Below are positions 9,016 to 17,690 of a DNA stretch of 34,547 bases, piece by piece. Under the pieces are notes generated by a model. The model searched no databases. It was not told the DNA's origin and saw only the letters and a program-made list of their open reading frames with translations. Source of the stretch: a candidate division WWE3 bacterium CG23_combo_of_CG06-09_8_20_14_all_40_14 (GTDB lineage Bacteria > Patescibacteriota > WWE3 > CG2-30-40-12); contig PCQY01000032.1 in the NCBI GenBank assembly GCA_002770755.1, positions 18,344 through 52,890 of the forward strand. The letters are read 5' to 3'. A program made the translations under genes and the position numbers. Numbering within the stretch: position 1 is the first letter of the stretch; every line of letters starts with the position of its first letter.

Positions 9016-9279
9016 ATGAACTACAAAGATATAATCACTATCAAACCGGGTAAACGTGGTGGCCAGCCAACCATTCGTGGTATGCGTATCACCGTTTACG
9101 ATGTTTTGAGGATGCTTGCGTCAGGCATGAGCGAAAAGAAAATTTTAAGTGACTTTCCTGAGTTAACCAAGGAGGATATTAAGGCTGTTTTGTCTTATGC
9201 CTCGGAAAGAGAGCATTCTTTGACTACCGCAAACCATGAAGTTACTCTTAGATCAAAACATCTCACGCAAGCTCGTTAA
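9016..9279 (+). CDS. DUF433-family antitoxin (VapB45-like)
   Basis: PGKRGGQPTIRGMRITVYDVL..LASGMS..ILSDFPELTKEDI is the DUF433 signature; start moved to ATG 9016. Confidence 0.9.
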   Translation: MNYKDIITIKPGKRGGQPTIRGMRITVYDVLRMLASGMSEKKILSDFPELTKEDIKAVLSYASEREHSLTTANHEVTLRSKHLTQAR

Positions 9280-9568
9280 AGAGTTTGAAGATTTGTTTCC
9301 AAGATCAAACCATGTTTACCTTCTTGATTTACAGAAGGCTTCTGATGAGGAAATATAGAATTACGCTCGTAATAATGGCTTTACCATCGTAACTCAGGAC
9401 TCAGATTTCAACGAAAGAAGCCTCGTTTACGGATATCCGCCTAAAGTAATTTGGCTTCGGACCGGTAACATTTCCACTCAAAATATCAAGCGCTTGTTGA
9501 AGAAACACAGTCAAGATATTTTATTGTTTGAAAAAGATAAAACCCTGGGCTGTCTGCAAATTTACTAG
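9236..9568 (+). pseudogene. DUF5615 PIN-like toxin (VapC45-like) with an internal TAG
   Basis: MKLLLDQNIS...ASDEEI*NYARNNGFTIVTQDSDF...PPKVIWLRTGN; TAG at 9356-9358 (codon 41) where the family usually has Trp. Confidence 0.85.
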
Positions 9569-9587
9569 TTTCAAGGAGGGAAAAAAT

Positions 9588-9709
9588 AAGGCAACTTCCC
9601 ATAATACCGAAACATTAGGCAAAATCGCTCGCTTTGCTCGCTAAGTTCCTCCTTTGGAGGAAGATTTTGCTTAATGTGCGGCGGCTACGCTTCGCTTGCC
9701 TTGTTAGTC
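9588..9709. repeat. Nested inverted-repeat element (attC-like or structured spacer)
   Basis: ACATTAGGCAAAATC (9612-9626) / GATTTTGCTTAATGT (9663-9677); inner TTCCTCC-TTT-GGAGGAA; outer AAGGCAA (9588-9594) / TTGCCTT (9696-9702). Confidence 0.6.
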
Positions 9710-9777
9710 GCTCAGAAAACGATTTATTTATAAGGGGAAAACGAATACAATAATACTGCTTAACATGAAAATAATTT

Positions 9778-11586
9778 ATGCCGAAAATTAAGGATATACC
9801 AAAAATTGATCGCCCAAGAGAAAGGTTTCTTAAAAAAGGGGCAGACGCACTTTCAAAGAGTGATCTTTTGGCGATTCTTTTAGGTAGCGGGATTAGGGGG
9901 AAAAATGTTAGGCAACTTTCGGAGAGTATTATTAAAAAATTCGGTAAAAACTTTTTGAATATAACTGTTGATGATCTTTTAGAAATTTCGGGCATTGGCC
10001 AAGCTAAAGCATTACAAATCGTTTCTGCAATTTCTTTGGTAAAAAGATTCTATGCGGATGAAAAATCAAACGAGATTATTATTAAAAATTCCCAAGATGT
10101 TTTATCTCTTACTTATGACTTAAGGGATAAGAAAAAAGAACATTTGCTTTGTTTGTATCTTAATGCAAGAAATTCCCTACTCAAAAAAGAAATTATCAGC
10201 GTAGGTTTGCTAGATAAAGCATTACTCCATCCAAGAGAAATTTTTTATCCTGCGATAGAATTAAATGCAGCCAGTGTTATTTTGATACACAATCACCCAT
10301 CAGGTGACTCTTCGCCAAGCGAAAAAGATATTGAAGTCGTTGAAAAAATTGTACAAGCGGGCGAAATAATGGGTATTCCCATTATTGATTTCATTATTCT
10401 CTCCGAGAATGATCATTACAGTTTTCACGAAAAACTAAAAAAGCAAAAGGGTGGTTTTGATTATGTTGCAGACGGAATACAGGGAACTCTTTTCGCCTTG
10501 CTTGAAATTGAAAAACCAGCCTACGAGGTAACGACTATACAAAAAATTGACAAACCCTATTTCCACTTTTCAAAAGCTCAAAATAATACCTTCCAATTGC
10601 AGAATAGAAGATATTTGGGCAATAAATATAAACTGCTCGGATTTATTGAAGATATTGTTGCTGAAAAATGCAATGGAATAAAATCATTTTGTGATATTTT
10701 TGCAGGTACTGGTGTTGTCGGAGAAAGATTTAATAAACCAGAAATAAAAATCATTTCTAATGATTTCCTTTTTACAAATTATGTTTGTCTGAAAGCGTTT
10801 CTTGGTACGAGTTCACCTATTCAGAATGTCACAGATAAAATTGATATTCTCAATAGTTTAAAAACTGCCCAAGATAATTATTTTTCAAAATACTTTGGTA
10901 ATACCTATTTTTCACTTGAAAATGCTAGAAAGATTGGGGCAATCCGTGGAGAAATAGAAAGAATTGCCGAAACGGAAGAAGAAAAAAACATTCTCATCTG
11001 TTCCTTAATTTATGCTGTTGATAAGGTTGCAAATACAGTCGGACATTATGACGCTTTTCGTAAAGATTTAGACATGCTACAGCCAGTAAAACTTTTAGCC
11101 CCAAATATTGACCACTTAAATAATGGAAATAACGATATTTACAAAGAAGACGCAAATATCTTGATTAGAAAAATTGTTTGCGATGTTTTATACATAGATC
11201 CGCCCTATAACTCGCGTCAATATTCAGATGCCTATCATTTACTGGAAAATTTAGCTGAATGGAAAAAACCTAATGTTGAAGGAGTGGCAAAAAAAATGGA
11301 TCGCTCTCACATAAAAAGTTCCTACTGTCTTAAAAATGCTACACAGGCATTTGAGGACTTGATTAAAAATGCAAATTGCAAACATATATTATTGTCTTAT
11401 AATAATACTGGGGATTCAAAGGATGGACGGTCCAATGCTAGAATAAACGACAACGATATTTTACGAATATTAAAAAACAAAGGTGAAGTAGAAATTTTCG
11501 AAAGAGATTACAAGGCTTTCACTGCTGGAAAAAGCAATGGCGATGGAAACGCCGAACGAATTTTTTATTGTAATGTAACAAAATAA
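9778..11586 (+). CDS. RadC (HhH + JAB) domain fused to a D12-class (Dam/FokI-like) N6-adenine DNA methyltransferase
   Basis: N-terminus: DRPRERF..G..AL...LLAILLGSG, GIGQAKA, HPREIF, HNHPSGD..PS..D. C-terminus: RRYLGNKYKL, DIFAGTGVVG, YIDPPYN. One uninterrupted frame. Confidence 0.9.
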   Translation: MPKIKDIPKIDRPRERFLKKGADALSKSDLLAILLGSGIRGKNVRQLSESIIKKFGKNFLNITVDDLLEISGIGQAKALQIVSAISLVKRFYADEKSNEIIIKNSQDVLSLTYDLRDKKKEHLLCLYLNARNSLLKKEIISVGLLDKALLHPREIFYPAIELNAASVILIHNHPSGDSSPSEKDIEVVEKIVQAGEIMGIPIIDFIILSENDHYSFHEKLKKQKGGFDYVADGIQGTLFALLEIEKPAYEVTTIQKIDKPYFHFSKAQNNTFQLQNRRYLGNKYKLLGFIEDIVAEKCNGIKSFCDIFAGTGVVGERFNKPEIKIISNDFLFTNYVCLKAFLGTSSPIQNVTDKIDILNSLKTAQDNYFSKYFGNTYFSLENARKIGAIRGEIERIAETEEEKNILICSLIYAVDKVANTVGHYDAFRKDLDMLQPVKLLAPNIDHLNNGNNDIYKEDANILIRKIVCDVLYIDPPYNSRQYSDAYHLLENLAEWKKPNVEGVAKKMDRSHIKSSYCLKNATQAFEDLIKNANCKHILLSYNNTGDSKDGRSNARINDNDILRILKNKGEVEIFERDYKAFTAGKSNGDGNAERIFYCNVTK

Positions 11587-11588
11587 TT

Positions 11589-13406
11589 ATGAAAAAACCT
11601 TGGTCGATTACTACAACACTAAGAAATCCCGAAAGATTGAGAGATTTTTTAATTGTTTTGAAACAGCTTGAAAATTGCAAGTGGGATTTAGAAAGTCAGA
11701 GAAAATATCAAATTCTTTTGATAAAAGAAAGGGTTTATGGCTATGGAATCAATCAATTCTACAATGGATTATCACAAGAACAAATTGATTTAATTGATGA
11801 TCAAACAAAAATAATTACTTTTGAACAAGCCGAAACGATTTTTAATGTTAAAAACTACGAAGATCCTTCGATGAGAGGACGGCAATCAATAAATCCTCTT
11901 AAAAAATTCGGTCTTGTTGTCGTTAAAGACGAAAAAATCTGTATAACCAGCTTAGGAAAACTATTTTTAAAAGACGATTTCGATCTTGGTGAAATATTTT
12001 TTAAAAGTTTTATCAAGTGGCAAATTCCAAATCCTGATAGTGATGACTATAAACTTGAAGACGGATACAACATAGAACCATTTGTTGGCGTTCTTCATCT
12101 TATCCAGAGAGTAAATGAAAAATCAAGAAAATCAGGAGAAAAAGAAAAAGGAATTAGCAAAGAAGAATTTTCTTTATTTTGCCCAACCCTTGTTAATTAT
12201 GAAGATATAGAAATTTATTCTGAAAAAATTATCGCACTACGAAAAGACCTTAAAGACAAACCGAAACAAGAGCAAAAAATAATCCGAGATAAGTATAAAA
12301 AAACTTTCGCACGAGAATTTCTAGGTAAATCAAATAACACAGAAATTCAAAAACTACTAAAAAATCTCAGAGACTACGGAGATAACGCTATCAGATACTT
12401 CCGCCTAACTCGCTATATTTATATACGGGGTGGTGGTTTTTATATTGATCTGGAGCCGAGAAGATCGGTTGAAATCAATGCTTTGTTGGATTTTGATAAT
12501 GCTCAATCAAAGACCTTTGAATCAAAAGAGCAATACTTAGACTATATTTCTGACATCTCTGAGCCAAAACTACCGTGGGAAACTAAAGAAAAACTTATTG
12601 AAATTGCCATAAAATTACTTGAAGACATAAAGTTGTTTGAACGAGAAACAAGGGTAACACCGAAAGTATTTTTGGATTATCAAAAACTGGGTGAAGATGG
12701 ATTGAAAAAATTTATCAACGATCTGAGAAACTATAGAAGAGAGCTACAAGACAAACAAAACCATCAAAAATCACAAGACACAGAACAAATTAAATCCTAC
12801 ATTCAAGAATTTGAAAATATTTTTGAATCTGAAGACAGACCAATACTGCTTGAAAAATTATCATCACTAGGTCTGAATGCCCTGAACGATGCATTAAGAA
12901 TACAGCCAAACTATCCAGTCGGAGATGATAACGAACCAACATTTACCGCACCAGCAAACACGCCAGATATTGAGTGTTTTTATCAAAGTTTTAATGCTAT
13001 TTGTGAGGTAACAATGCTAACGGGCAGAGATCAATGGTATAACGAGGGGCAACCAGTGATGAGACATTTAAGAGATTTTGAAAATAAACATAGCGACAAA
13101 ACTACATATTGTTTGTTTATTGCTCCCCAAATGCACAGAGATACTATAAACACCTTTTGGACAGCCATAAAATACGAATACGAGGGCAATAAACAAAGAA
13201 TAATCCCTTTATCAATAAATAATTTCGTATCTCTTTTAAAAGTGCTCGTTCAGATAAAAACGGAGAATAAATTTTTAAAGCACAGCGAAATTGCTCGCCT
13301 ATACAATGAAATAATTAATTCATCGAACTCTTTTAGTGATTCAGACGGATGGCTTAGAAATATTCCAAATGCCATTTCGTCATGGCAAAAAAGCCTAAAT
13401 TTTTAA
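11589..13406 (+). CDS. AlwI-family type IIS restriction endonuclease
   Basis: WSITTTLRNPER N-terminus; C-terminal P...AP...PDIE...EVTM..GRDQ...EGQPVMRH; flanked by two methyltransferases. Confidence 0.85.
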   Translation: MKKPWSITTTLRNPERLRDFLIVLKQLENCKWDLESQRKYQILLIKERVYGYGINQFYNGLSQEQIDLIDDQTKIITFEQAETIFNVKNYEDPSMRGRQSINPLKKFGLVVVKDEKICITSLGKLFLKDDFDLGEIFFKSFIKWQIPNPDSDDYKLEDGYNIEPFVGVLHLIQRVNEKSRKSGEKEKGISKEEFSLFCPTLVNYEDIEIYSEKIIALRKDLKDKPKQEQKIIRDKYKKTFAREFLGKSNNTEIQKLLKNLRDYGDNAIRYFRLTRYIYIRGGGFYIDLEPRRSVEINALLDFDNAQSKTFESKEQYLDYISDISEPKLPWETKEKLIEIAIKLLEDIKLFERETRVTPKVFLDYQKLGEDGLKKFINDLRNYRRELQDKQNHQKSQDTEQIKSYIQEFENIFESEDRPILLEKLSSLGLNALNDALRIQPNYPVGDDNEPTFTAPANTPDIECFYQSFNAICEVTMLTGRDQWYNEGQPVMRHLRDFENKHSDKTTYCLFIAPQMHRDTINTFWTAIKYEYEGNKQRIIPLSINNFVSLLKVLVQIKTENKFLKHSEIARLYNEIINSSNSFSDSDGWLRNIPNAISSWQKSLNF

Positions 13407-13409
13407 CCT

Positions 13410-14186
13410 ATGAGTATGAAAAAAAATATTATCTACAACGACGATTGCATAAACATACTCAATACAAAGATTGATAAGAGTTCTATTGATCTTGTCTTTG
13501 CCGATCCTCCATATAACTTGTCTGGCAATGGACTAACATGGAAAGGTAATAAGACTGGTGGCGATTGGTATATGGTAAATGAAGCATGGGACAAAATGAC
13601 TGCCCCCGAATATCTACAATTTACAAGAAAATGGATCGGAGCTTGCCATAAAGTTTTAAAAGACACCGGCTCAATCTACATCGCATGCAGTTATCACAAC
13701 ATTGGAGAAGTAATGATTGTTCTTAAACAGCTTGATTTCAAAGTAAATAACATCATTACTTGGTATAAAACAAACGCGATGCCGAATATGACAAGGAGGG
13801 TGTTTACCCACGCAACAGAATTTGTAATTTGGGCTGTCAAAGGTAGTGGCTGGACTTTTAATTATAAAAAAATTAAAGAAATAAATCCTGAAAAACAAAA
13901 AGACGGGACAGAAAAACAAATGCGTGATTTTTGGGAATTACCCTTAGTTCAAGGCAAAGAAAGAGTACGGGGCAAAGATGGAAAAGCTCTGCATCCAACG
14001 CAAAAACCCGAAGAAATGCTAAAAAGAATTATTTTAGCAAGTTCCAACGAAGGCGATACTGTTTTAGATCCATTTTTAGGAAGCGGAACAACCGCCGTTG
14101 TGGCTCAAAAATATGGTCGCAAATGGATTGGGATTGAGAGAGAAAAACAGTATGTGGAAATTTCTAAAAAAAGATTGGGGATATAA
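13410..14186 (+). CDS. Beta-class amino DNA methyltransferase (HinfI/CcrM/DpnA-like)
   Basis: FADPPYN near the N-terminus, HPTQKPE, DPFLGSGTT near the C-terminus. Confidence 0.92.
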   Translation: MSMKKNIIYNDDCINILNTKIDKSSIDLVFADPPYNLSGNGLTWKGNKTGGDWYMVNEAWDKMTAPEYLQFTRKWIGACHKVLKDTGSIYIACSYHNIGEVMIVLKQLDFKVNNIITWYKTNAMPNMTRRVFTHATEFVIWAVKGSGWTFNYKKIKEINPEKQKDGTEKQMRDFWELPLVQGKERVRGKDGKALHPTQKPEEMLKRIILASSNEGDTVLDPFLGSGTTAVVAQKYGRKWIGIEREKQYVEISKKRLGI

Positions 14187-14244
14187 ATATAGGGTACTTT
14201 TTAAAAAACATCACTAAAAAATAGTATTAAATTCAAATAATTCT

Positions 14245-16332
14245 ATGAAAGCAACCGAAGCAAAATTAGTCGACTTTCTAAAAAAATCACCTCAATTCAT
14301 TATTCCTATTTACCAACGAACATACAGTTGGAACGAAAAGGAGTGTCTTCAGCTGTGGAAAGATATTTTACATACCGGAAGTAATGATAAAATCACCGCG
14401 CATTTTGTTGGATCTATCGTTTATGTAGAAAAGGGGCTTTATTCTGTCTCGAGCCAATCTTCATTACTTGTAATTGATGGACAACAAAGACTTACCACGG
14501 TATCGCTAATAATAGAGGCGCTCGCTCGCGCCCTCGGTGAGAGCGAACCAATCGAGGGATTTTCGGCAAAAAAACTTCGCAATTATTTTCTGCTCAATCC
14601 ACTTGAAGAAGGAGAAAAGAAATACAAACTTATCCTGTCGCAAACTGATAAAATAACATTGACATCACTACTCGATCAAAATTCATACCCAAAAGACTTT
14701 TCCGTGAGAGTGAAAGCTAATTTTGATTTTTTTAGCGAAAAAATTGCCGAAGAAAAAGACAATCTACTGGCGGTCTGCAAAGGGTTGGCGAAACTTATTA
14801 TCGTAGATATTTCTCTTAATCGTGACCAAGATAATCCGCAATTAATATTTGAGAGTCTAAATTCAACGGGTCGTGAATTAAGCCAAGCTGATTTGATTCG
14901 AAATTTTATACTTATGGGACTAGAACAGGAACTCCAGTCCAAACTGTATGATCAATATTGGCGACCAATGGAAATAGATTTTGGCCAAGAGGGTTATGCT
15001 GTTTATTTTGACGGCTTTATGAGGCACTATCTCACAGTGAAAACTGGCGTAATTCCGAAAGAACATGAAGTGTATGAAGCGTTTAAGCAATATGCACACT
15101 CACCAGAAATATCCAGTATCGGAGCACTTGTTTCTGATATTAGAACTTTCGCCGGGCATTACTGCGCTATGGCACTTGGCACAGAAACTAATCAGGAACT
15201 TAAAATAGCGTTTCATGACCTCCGAGAATTAAAAGTTGATGTTGCATTTCCTTTTTTATTAGAAATTTACAATGACTATAAAAAAGAGCTTTTATCTACC
15301 GATGAATTATTAAAAATTGTACGACTTATAGAAAACTATGTTTTTCGACGCGCTATATGCGGAATTCCAACTAACTCAATGAATAAAACTTTTGGGAATT
15401 TTTCTCGCAACTTAAGAAAGGACAGATATTTAGAGAGTGTTCAGGCAATTTTTATGCTTCTCCCATCTTATCGCCGTTTTCCTGATGATGAAGAATTTAA
15501 ACGAGAAATCAAGGTTAAGGATGTCTATAATTTTCGTAGCCGAAGTTATTGGTTGCGTCGATTAGAAAATTACGACAGAAAAGAGCGTGTCCCTGTGGAC
15601 GAATACACGATTGAGCATATCATGCCCCAGAATGAGAATTTATCTGCAACATGGAAAACAGCACTAGGTTCTGAATGGGAACGCATTCAAAAAACATATC
15701 TTCATACATTGGGCAATCTTACTTTAACGGGTTACAATTCAGAATATAGCGACAGGCCGTTTATTGAAAAGCGAAACATGGAAGGCGGCTTTTCAGAAAG
15801 CCCGCTAAAACTAAATAAGTCTATTGCCAATAAAGACACATGGACAGAACAAGATATATTAGAACGCGCCGAGACTCTATCGGTACAAGCGATTAATGTT
15901 TGGTTTGCACCAAAAATAGAAAATAGTGTATTAGAGACTTATAAATCTAAAACGGAAGTGACTGAATATAGCATTGAAGATCATCCATATCTTGCATCTG
16001 AACCAATGCAAAGTGTATTTAATGAATTTCGTAAGCAAGTATTAGCACTCGATCCATGCGTAACTGAAACAATTTTGAAATTATATGTTGCATATAAGGC
16101 GGAAACTAATTTTGTCGATATTGTACCGCAAGCAAAAAGACTACGCCTTTCATTAAATGTAACATTTGCAGAAATCAATGACCCAAAAGGCTTGTGCAAA
16201 GATGTTTCAGCACTTGGACGCTGGGGCAATAGCAATGTTGAAGTTGGTCTCTCGAAAATTGAAGAAATCCCTTATGTTATGAGTTTGGTACGCCAAGCAT
16301 TTGAAAAGCAAATGGGGCAGGAAGTAGATTAA
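14245..16332 (+). CDS. GmrSD-family type IV (modification-dependent) restriction endonuclease: DUF262 + DUF1524 with a DUF5655-like C-terminal domain
   Basis: IPIYQRTYSW, IDGQQRLTT, IFESLNSTG; IEHIMPQ...LGNLTL...N (HNH-like); C-terminal YVAYK..NFVDIVPQ. Confidence 0.9.
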   Translation: MKATEAKLVDFLKKSPQFIIPIYQRTYSWNEKECLQLWKDILHTGSNDKITAHFVGSIVYVEKGLYSVSSQSSLLVIDGQQRLTTVSLIIEALARALGESEPIEGFSAKKLRNYFLLNPLEEGEKKYKLILSQTDKITLTSLLDQNSYPKDFSVRVKANFDFFSEKIAEEKDNLLAVCKGLAKLIIVDISLNRDQDNPQLIFESLNSTGRELSQADLIRNFILMGLEQELQSKLYDQYWRPMEIDFGQEGYAVYFDGFMRHYLTVKTGVIPKEHEVYEAFKQYAHSPEISSIGALVSDIRTFAGHYCAMALGTETNQELKIAFHDLRELKVDVAFPFLLEIYNDYKKELLSTDELLKIVRLIENYVFRRAICGIPTNSMNKTFGNFSRNLRKDRYLESVQAIFMLLPSYRRFPDDEEFKREIKVKDVYNFRSRSYWLRRLENYDRKERVPVDEYTIEHIMPQNENLSATWKTALGSEWERIQKTYLHTLGNLTLTGYNSEYSDRPFIEKRNMEGGFSESPLKLNKSIANKDTWTEQDILERAETLSVQAINVWFAPKIENSVLETYKSKTEVTEYSIEDHPYLASEPMQSVFNEFRKQVLALDPCVTETILKLYVAYKAETNFVDIVPQAKRLRLSLNVTFAEINDPKGLCKDVSALGRWGNSNVEVGLSKIEEIPYVMSLVRQAFEKQMGQEVD

Positions 16333-16376
16333 GAATTAAATGTCCGAGAGGGTGTATAGGAATTAAAATAAGGAAC

Positions 16377-16614
16377 CAAACAAACAGTCAAAAATTCCCG
16401 CCCCTTAAACCCCTTCCTGTTTGTTTGAAAAGAATAATAAGGAGTCTTGGCTTCGGGCATTTACCCCTTTCCCCTCTGCCCTTCGCCAAAAACGGAAAAA
16501 GAAATTTGAAAATTTTTTAAAACAAGTTTTCTTATCAGAAAACAAAAGAAAAGCATACATCACATAACAGCGTATATCTGGTTACGGCTTTTATACAAAA
16601 GCCTCCACCCATAT
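16377..16614. repeat. Cluster of hairpins at the right end of the island
   Basis: CAAACAAACAG/CTGTTTGTTTG (16377-16427); TTGGC-TTC-GGGCA / TGCCC-TTC-GCCAA (16447-16489); GTTTTCT/AGAAAAC (16526-16543); GGCTTTT/AAAAGCC (16586-16603) preceded by CACATAAC. Confidence 0.6.
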
Positions 16615-16650
16615 TAACCCATTTGGGTTTAACCAAAATGGGTTAAACCC
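16614..16650 (-). terminator. Hairpin right after the prfB stop, overlapping the right GGGTTAAACCC repeat
   Basis: TTAACCCATTT (16614-16624) / AAATGGGTTAA (16635-16645) stem; no clear U-tract, so the terminator role is uncertain. Confidence 0.4.
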
Positions 16651-17660
16651 TATTTCAGCTGGCGGATCTCGGCTTCAATGAAGTCGTCTAGTTCCCCATC
16701 CAAAACAGCCGCGGGGTTGGCGCTTTCCACTTCCGTTCTTAAATCTTTAACCATTTTATACGGGTGCAGTACATAAGAACGAATTTGATTCCCCCACCCA
16801 GCGGTTTTGTGCACTCCCTTAGCTTTCAATTTCTCCGCTTGAATTTTTTCCTCCTCTATGGCATATAATTTGCTTTTCAAAAGTTTTAGGGCAATTTCCC
16901 TATTTTTCCCCTGAAACCGCTCGGTTTGACACTCTACCACAATTCCGCTTGGAATATGCTTAAGCCTTACAGCCGTAGAAACTTTATTTACATTCTGCCC
17001 CCCCGCCCCGCTTGAGCGGGAAGCGGTAAATTCAATATCCTTCGGTTTTACCTCTATATCTATATCACTGGAAATCTCCGGCACAACTTCAACTAAGGCA
17101 AATGATGTCTGCCTTAAATTGTCGGCATTAAAAGGGCTCTGTCTAACAAGCCTATGCACTCCAGCCTCATACTTCAAATACCCGTAGCTAAAACCGCCAA
17201 GAATATGCATAGTTGAAGATTTTATGCCCGTTTCATCCCCCACTGTTCTATCAATTTCATATACTTTCCAATTTTTTCTTTCACAAAACCGCTTATACAT
17301 CCGAATAAGCATACTCGCCCAGTCGCAGGCTTCCGTTCCCCCCTGCCCGGCATGAATTGACAAAAAACAATTTCCAAAATCGTATCTTTCGGATAAAAAA
17401 GTTTTTACCTCCAAAGCTTTAAGTTTATCCTCAAGATTTTTAATGTCTTTTTCGCTATACAAAAGCTCAACAAACTCCACTTCTTCAATATCCTTTTTTA
17501 AATCCCCTAAAAGTTTAGATTTTTTTATACCTTCTTCCCTATTCCCCCAAAAAGCGGAGCTTTCCATTTCTTTTTGAATGGCTTTTACCTGCTCTTTTTT
17601 ATCGTCAATTTCTAAAACCTTCTTTACAGAAGCTATTCGCTCCTCCAATGTGTTTTCCAT
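16650..17660 (-). CDS. prfB: Peptide chain release factor 2
   Basis: [22 protein letters not shown] (SPF), [22 protein letters not shown]. Confidence 0.96.
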   Translation of the reverse strand: MENTLEERIASVKKVLEIDDKKEQVKAIQKEMESSAFWGNREEGIKKSKLLGDLKKDIEEVEFVELLYSEKDIKNLEDKLKALEVKTFLSERYDFGNCFLSIHAGQGGTEACDWASMLIRMYKRFCERKNWKVYEIDRTVGDETGIKSSTMHILGGFSYGYLKYEAGVHRLVRQSPFNADNLRQTSFALVEVVPEISSDIDIEVKPKDIEFTASRSSGAGGQNVNKVSTAVRLKHIPSGIVVECQTERFQGKNREIALKLLKSKLYAIEEEKIQAEKLKAKGVHKTAGWGNQIRSYVLHPYKMVKDLRTEVESANPAAVLDGELDDFIEAEIRQLK

Positions 17661-17690
17661 AATACCGGGTGGGGTACTTAAATATATAAA

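Larger units (their letters stand above)
8872..16650. mobile_element. Defence island inserted between prfB and the ftsEX region
   Basis: All genes on the plus strand against a minus-strand backbone; TA, R-M and GmrSD cargo; GGGTTAAACCC at both ends; no integrase in the window. Confidence 0.65.

Noticed and set aside
9356-9358. TAG recoding or an alternative genetic code
   Set aside because: TAG and TGA both end conserved genes here (prfB and alaS with TAG, ftsE and pfkB with TGA), so a nonsense mutation is simpler
9594-9621. ACTTCCCATAA resembling the XerC arm of a dif site
   Set aside because: After a 6-bp spacer the sequence is AACATTAGGCA, not a TTATGTTAAAT-like XerD arm
9615-9995. 126-aa minus-strand ORF
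   Set aside because: Antisense to radC and to the palindromic spacer, with no recognisable motif
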